Positions 58,992-64,000 of a stretch of 64,000 nucleotides of DNA are shown one piece after another. The notes under the pieces are model-generated. The model had not been told where the DNA came from, did no database searches, and was given only the letters and a program-made list of their open reading frames with translations. Made by a program: the position numbers and the translations under genes. The DNA is from a virus. Numbering within the stretch: the stretch's first letter is position 1; each line of letters begins with the position of its first letter. The stretch is from the IMG/VR virus record IMGVR_UViG_3300022925_000005. The stretch is one strand, 5' to 3'.

Positions 58992-59026
58992 TACAAATAT
59001 ACGAAATATTTTTGATATAAACAAAT
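58992..59026 (-). promoter_or_regulatory. Bacteroidetes-type promoter
   Basis: Minus TTTGTTTATATCAAA...CGTATATTTG. Confidence 0.78.
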
Positions 59027-59053
59027 AAAGGGGAGAATTTCTTCCCCCCTTTT
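59027..59053 (-). terminator. Intrinsic terminator after endolysin
   Basis: AAAGGGGAGAA/TTCTTCCCCCCTTT imperfect stem, U-rich tail on minus strand. Confidence 0.7.
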
Positions 59054-59129
59054 GTTTTACCACATTTGTAGTGTTTCGAAAAAAGCTACTTGTAGTTTAC
59101 ACCACAATACTCTTAATTTATGTTTCATC

Positions 59130-60053
59130 TTATAGTGATACTAACATATCCAATAGTTCCTGTTGTGGGAACATATCGAACTTATCTTTACGAGTGTTAG
59201 TGTGAGTCCATACACCTTTTACTCTACCATAGTATGCATCTTCGTTAAATTCAAATGCATCAGCACCATGTTGTTTAACCAATGCAGGTAAACCAGCTGA
59301 GATATCGATGTTATCTCGTTCAGCGATGAATTTTAACCACTTTTCTAATGCTTCTATTTGTTTGTTGGAATATCTATGCCAAGTAGAGTGTCCTCTAAAT
59401 GGTTTTGCTAAAGTTACGATTTGTGATTCTTCAACAGCAGCACCAGCATAAGTTTTTCCATCTTTCACATATCCAAAGTTACACACCTCCATACCAATAG
59501 AGTTTACGTGCATCTTTTGTGAACCATTCTTACCTAAGTGGTATCCCCAGTTTCCAGCAGGGAATGCTTGAACTACTTCGCCATCGAACTTATCATCATT
59601 TCCTTTTACTGATGGTCCACCCATTACGAATTCAGTTGCGATTGCACCATTCTTATCAGCATCCCATTGTTTGATACAATTGTATGGGTTGTGCCATCCA
59701 GCAGTATGGTGGATAAATACCCACTCTGCGTTGATAGGACCTTTTTTGTATTCATCATCCGGCATAAAGTATTCAATGATTTCCAAACCATTTGATGTTG
59801 TGTAAGGTTTCTTAGTATAAAGTCCTTTTGCATCTTCAGGGTTTGCACCACCAGCACCATTATCAGTATCCAACAATTCCATTTTGGCGAGTGTTCCTCT
59901 ACCAACTAAACCATCAGCATCTAAACCATTTGCGGCTTGCCATTTCTTTACTGCTTCAGCAGTACCTTTTCCAAAAATTCCATCGGCACCAACACCAACG
60001 ACTTCCTGTACATCTTTTACGAGTTCTCCTCTTGAACCAATTTTTAGTAGCAT
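59130..60053 (-). CDS. Endolysin: PG-binding domain plus N-acetylmuramoyl-L-alanine amidase
   Basis: DGIFG..T..AV..WQ...GL..DG.VG; IHHTAG, IGME, TH...KFD. Confidence 0.9.
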   Translation of the reverse strand: MLLKIGSRGELVKDVQEVVGVGADGIFGKGTAEAVKKWQAANGLDADGLVGRGTLAKMELLDTDNGAGGANPEDAKGLYTKKPYTTSNGLEIIEYFMPDDEYKKGPINAEWVFIHHTAGWHNPYNCIKQWDADKNGAIATEFVMGGPSVKGNDDKFDGEVVQAFPAGNWGYHLGKNGSQKMHVNSIGMEVCNFGYVKDGKTYAGAAVEESQIVTLAKPFRGHSTWHRYSNKQIEALEKWLKFIAERDNIDISAGLPALVKQHGADAFEFNEDAYYGRVKGVWTHTNTRKDKFDMFPQQELLDMLVSL

Positions 60054-60062
60054 ATTTATTTT

Positions 60063-60464
60063 TTATTTTTGATTGAATTCTATAACCTCGTAGATACGAG
60101 TCTGAATTCTCTTCGTACCTTCTGTATTAGTAAGTATAATTGAGTTTCTAAATTTTGGCCAATCTATCACAAATGATTTATCCAATACACCACCATTTTC
60201 TTCTTTCACCAATTGATTTAGTGCGTTGATTGTGTATAGGGTATTTGATTCTTTCTTACGATGGATTAATATTGTATCTCTTAATGGTTGTGTTGGCCGA
60301 TACTCTGTATTGATATTGTAAGTTATATACAGTTCATCCAAATCAGTCTTATTTTGTAGTATATAGATATAGTTATACACTATCACATAAGTTTCTCTAA
60401 TTTCTTGTAGAACCTGCTGTAATTCAGACTTTGTTGTAAATGTACACAGTAGTTGTGTTTTCAT
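60063..60464 (-). CDS. Conserved-looking hypothetical phage protein
   Basis: LLCTF, HRKKESNTLYTINALN. Confidence 0.75.
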   Translation of the reverse strand: MKTQLLCTFTTKSELQQVLQEIRETYVIVYNYIYILQNKTDLDELYITYNINTEYRPTQPLRDTILIHRKKESNTLYTINALNQLVKEENGGVLDKSFVIDWPKFRNSIILTNTEGTKRIQTRIYEVIEFNQK

Positions 60465-60548
60465 ATATTCATTTCTCTATATTGAGAATTCCCTTTGTTA
60501 GGTATAAATATAAACCAACACACCAAAAGGGTAATATTTAATTAAGTA

Positions 60549-62753
60549 TTATTTGATTTCACCTACCTGCGAATTACCGAATTTCTCTTTTAGTTCCGAA
60601 CCAATATATGATACCTGTGCCCCACCACCACTTCGTCCAGCAGTTCTATACATTCTAAAGTTAATATACCACTCATCTCTATCAGTTGTACCAGCAACAG
60701 TTGTATTCTTTAATGTACCATTATCATAGTATTGTTTATTGTGAGTTACCCCCTCATATCCATTAGAAGTTACGATTTGATTTGCCAATGATAATCCACT
60801 TATAAAATGAGCTGCCCCAAAGTCGTACTTACTAGCAACTCTACCATTTCTAGAACCTATAAGTTTGGAGAATTTTTCAACAGACACTAAATCCTTTAGT
60901 TTACTATTTAATTCTACCAAAGATGGGTCTTTTAAAATATCTTTTTGTAATTTAGCCCATCCAACTTTATCCATCTTACCATCTTTCTCATACTGAGCTT
61001 TAAGTTGATTGATTCTTTCTTTGGATTCATAAACGATATTTGAAATTTCATCCAATTCAATATCATTAAATATACCCTGTACATCGGGCATCTCATCAAT
61101 CATAGATTTTATGGATTTCTTAGTAGTTTCTTTATCAGATACTAAATTATCATTAACCGCTAATGTGTATCCACCTTCACCAATATATTGGCCCTGTCTA
61201 TCTCTTTTGTTTATATCTGGATGTAGGGTTTGTAATGCTTTCGAATTTGCAGGACAACCATATACATCTCCATTCTTACCATATTTTACCGAAACAAACG
61301 ATACTCGTTCAGTACCACCGGCTCCGTTTTGGAATACCAACTTATCACCAGCAGGGAATGAACCATCGCCAGGTAGATAAGCTTCATCACCTTTAGCAAT
61401 CTCAGAATCATACAATCTCATTTCTGCAAATTGCTTCAACATACGAGATGCAAGGTCTTGATTTTGTTTCATCAACTCATCAAACATTTTAGCGTATGAT
61501 AAATCAACTGCATTTGCAGCTGCTTCGGATGGTATCTCCATATTATTCAATACATCACTCATTCTTTGTTTATGAGCTTTTACCGAATTTGCCAATTCTT
61601 CTGAAATCTTACCGTCAGATGCATATTTCTCTAAAACATTAATAGTATTATCAACCGAAATATTGTTATCAATTGAGAATTTTAAATACTCCTTTGAATG
61701 TTGTGATGATGGTGTCAATAAGTTACCATTATCATCCGTAGGTCCGAAAACACTTTTGAATTTCGTAGTATCAATCCTATCCAATGGTGGTGTTTTAAAC
61801 AACTTCTCAACATTGATATCAGCCACCTCATCGGTAAATCCTTTTGATGTTTTCTTATATAATGAACGAATATTCTTAGAACCTAAATCAGGCTTAGCTG
61901 CCGCTTCAATCTCAATTGACATTTTATTATCATCTTCAGGCAACTCCATATATTCTGCAATTTTGTTAATTGCTGAGATAGCTCCTTTTGTACCATCTCC
62001 TAAGATTTTATACAATCCACCACCATGCTTTCTCATATCATCTAAATACAATTTTTTTCTATTAGATGATACCGATATATTCATATCAGATATTGTGTTT
62101 ACTATATCTTCTTTTGATTTTGATGTATCGAAAATTACCGAAAGTTTTTCAATTAATTGATTTGCCTCAGCTTTAGCTTGAGAACTCATTGATGATTTTT
62201 CAACTCTAGATTTAAAACCATCTATTGTTTGTGCATCACCTTCACTAAAATTTGATTTAGGTAAATTTGTTGGAACTTCACCATCATTATCTATGTAACC
62301 AGCTTTAACTGCCGCTTGGTATGCCGCATCATCTTTTCCTAAACTCTTTATATAGGATAATCCATCTGGAGTTGATGCATCAAATGTAGATGGTTTTTGT
62401 TCTTCTTCGGATTCAGTACCATCATCCTTAACCAATGAATACTTACCAGAATCGGATTTTTTAAATTTATCACCACTAAATCCATCTGGGTTTGATTGCC
62501 ATCTTGTATAATCAGATTTTTTTACATACATCGGTGGTTGTCCACCAATACCAGAATATTTATCATCTTCGGTACTACCATCGGCCTCCAATAGATTTTG
62601 AATTAATTCATTTTTGATTTCACTTAATCCCCAATCATCCAATATTTCAGATATCAGAGTAATATGAGTAGATTTAGTTAATATCGGATATCCCTCATCT
62701 GAGCGATAAGATAATTCTGATATTAATTCGTTGATAAATTCCGTTTTATTCAT
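60549..62753 (-). CDS. Large hypothetical protein (possible internal virion protein)
   Basis: 734-aa ORF; ATATTTATA directly upstream. Confidence 0.7.
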   Translation of the reverse strand: MNKTEFINELISELSYRSDEGYPILTKSTHITLISEILDDWGLSEIKNELIQNLLEADGSTEDDKYSGIGGQPPMYVKKSDYTRWQSNPDGFSGDKFKKSDSGKYSLVKDDGTESEEEQKPSTFDASTPDGLSYIKSLGKDDAAYQAAVKAGYIDNDGEVPTNLPKSNFSEGDAQTIDGFKSRVEKSSMSSQAKAEANQLIEKLSVIFDTSKSKEDIVNTISDMNISVSSNRKKLYLDDMRKHGGGLYKILGDGTKGAISAINKIAEYMELPEDDNKMSIEIEAAAKPDLGSKNIRSLYKKTSKGFTDEVADINVEKLFKTPPLDRIDTTKFKSVFGPTDDNGNLLTPSSQHSKEYLKFSIDNNISVDNTINVLEKYASDGKISEELANSVKAHKQRMSDVLNNMEIPSEAAANAVDLSYAKMFDELMKQNQDLASRMLKQFAEMRLYDSEIAKGDEAYLPGDGSFPAGDKLVFQNGAGGTERVSFVSVKYGKNGDVYGCPANSKALQTLHPDINKRDRQGQYIGEGGYTLAVNDNLVSDKETTKKSIKSMIDEMPDVQGIFNDIELDEISNIVYESKERINQLKAQYEKDGKMDKVGWAKLQKDILKDPSLVELNSKLKDLVSVEKFSKLIGSRNGRVASKYDFGAAHFISGLSLANQIVTSNGYEGVTHNKQYYDNGTLKNTTVAGTTDRDEWYINFRMYRTAGRSGGGAQVSYIGSELKEKFGNSQVGEIK

Positions 62754-62788
62754 AATGTGGTGTTTTCAATCTCTATATCTTATAAATA

Positions 62789-64000
62789 TTAAAGTTTTCC
62801 ATAATCCGTTCCCCAATCAGCTTTAATAGGAAATCCAAAAGATTCTATAATTTCCTTCAACTTTCTTGCATCTTCTTTAGGTGTATCTAATGGATAACTA
62901 AATAAAAATGAATCATAGGTGTATAAGGTTAGCTCAATTTTCGTTTGTTTAATAAACTCAACAACCCTCCTCATTACTCCCATATTCAACTCAGTTTCAG
63001 TCGCTTGTAGTAAATAGTTGAATAACTTCTGCGGATTCACTCCTTCTATCGAGCTCAGAGGTATTCTCCTATGTTGTGTTTGAAGATATCCCACTTCAGT
63101 ACTCTTACTCCACAATTTATCAATAAACTCTCTAACACCCTTATAATAAGGTATTTCATCGAACTCCTCAGGTATCCCACCATATAGTAATTGAAAGGTG
63201 ATTCCCTTTGATTCTTCATATGGAACTCCGTATTGGTCCGCTAACCATTGGTGAACCGAAGTTTTCGGTAATTCATAACCTATCAACTTACCAATGATAC
63301 GTGGGTGATATGCATCATAATCCATTTGTAGGAATATACTATTCTCCTTTGGTACAAACACATCTCTCGTACCATCTTTTTTATTCAAAGCCGAAAAGTT
63401 GATTCCACCAAATCGGTTGGATGGACGGGATGTAATAGTGTATGGGTTGTATTCGGTGTAAAGGGTTGTATCTTTTAAGTGTTTAGTAGCTTGAGGCCAT
63501 CTATCAAGAAATTTTTCCTCTTCGACCCGAACCCCATATCGTTCAATATCTGAGAGTAAGGGAATTACATCGTTATTAATCCAAGAAGGAGATGGAGTAG
63601 GGAGAGAAAGAGAATCAACAAAGGATGTAAGATATTCACCCCATTTCATAAGAGGTGCTATCTTTCCCAAATTTTCTCTTATACCCAAACGATTGTAATG
63701 TGAGATAAATGATTGTTCTTCGGGTTTGAAATCCAACAAACGATTCTCCTCAAAGAACGTATGTGTGGATATATCAAATAAATTTTGGATGTTGGTATCC
63801 ATCTGCATTAAACCTTTCTTATTCCATACCCATTTTGGTTGTGTGGAGGTTGAGAGGTCTAAATGATGGGATTTCCCATCAATATGGTTATATATGAGAA
63901 TAAAGGTGGTTTTACCCATCACCACAAATAAGAACGAAAGCTCGTTATTCATTGGATGCTTCTCCAAATCATTCCAGACAGGAATTATTGTAGATGGAGT
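62789..64000 (-). CDS. Short family A DNA polymerase-like protein, 5'-truncated by window
   Basis: TSRPSN, motif A MDYDAY..R, motif B K..TF..LYG, NY..Q, motif C YDS; frame open to 64000. Confidence 0.8.
   Translation of the reverse strand, partial: TPSTIIPVWNDLEKHPMNNELSFLFVVMGKTTFILIYNHIDGKSHHLDLSTSTQPKWVWNKKGLMQMDTNIQNLFDISTHTFFEENRLLDFKPEEQSFISHYNRLGIRENLGKIAPLMKWGEYLTSFVDSLSLPTPSPSWINNDVIPLLSDIERYGVRVEEEKFLDRWPQATKHLKDTTLYTEYNPYTITSRPSNRFGGINFSALNKKDGTRDVFVPKENSIFLQMDYDAYHPRIIGKLIGYELPKTSVHQWLADQYGVPYEESKGITFQLLYGGIPEEFDEIPYYKGVREFIDKLWSKSTEVGYLQTQHRRIPLSSIEGVNPQKLFNYLLQATETELNMGVMRRVVEFIKQTKIELTLYTYDSFLFSYPLDTPKEDARKLKEIIESFGFPIKADWGTDYGKL

Noticed and set aside
59057-59128. 23-aa ORF after endolysin (MKHKLRVLWCKLQVAFFETLQMW) as lysis accessory
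   Set aside because: Too short to support without conservation data
3590-62160. Plus-strand ORFs and nested alternate-frame minus ORFs in the track (e.g. 18139-18714, 61663-62160, 733-948)
   Set aside because: All overlap convincing minus-strand genes, lack motifs and look like antisense shadows
1-64000. Stop-codon reassignment, tRNA/rRNA genes, inteins or introns
   Set aside because: Standard code gives dense full-length genes, with TAG ending core genes such as DnaB and NrdA; no cloverleafs seen; PolB, DnaB, RecA and NrdAB are uninterrupted and normal-sized

Overview
AT-rich 64-kb segment of a large, T4-like/jumbo dsDNA phage. Essentially every real gene is on the minus strand, in the standard genetic code. 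A Bacteroidota host is inferred from 17 promoters matching the Bacteroidetes TTTG-N19-21-TAnnTTTG consensus, genes mostly lacking Shine-Dalgarno sites, and DUF4494, Hc1-like and bS21 genes. From right to left (transcription order) the window holds: a short PolA-like gene and an endolysin; a replication/recombination block (gp32-like SSB, RecA, 5'-3' exonuclease, DnaB, NrdAB, PolB, clamp, clamp loader, PD-(D/E)XK nuclease); a 14-kb glycan-biosynthesis island plus a satellite operon; late/virion genes (bS21, fibre-like protein, subtilase); and an AAA+/VWA module with small ORFs. The best candidate for an undescribed system is embedded in the replisome block. It is a self-contained operon: promoter, two tandem H-type RNA pseudoknots with compensatory changes, a DGQHR/DUF262-HNH (GmrSD-like) nuclease and a translationally coupled GT-B glycosyltransferase. 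Two Mom-like genes and a solitary DruA/DUF4338-like gene lie nearby. Also notable are an unannotated Hc1 histone-like gene near a SET-domain gene, an unannotated ArfA-like peptide, a 16S 3'-end mimic, and apparent GATC avoidance. All product calls come from motif recognition by eye; no database searches were run.
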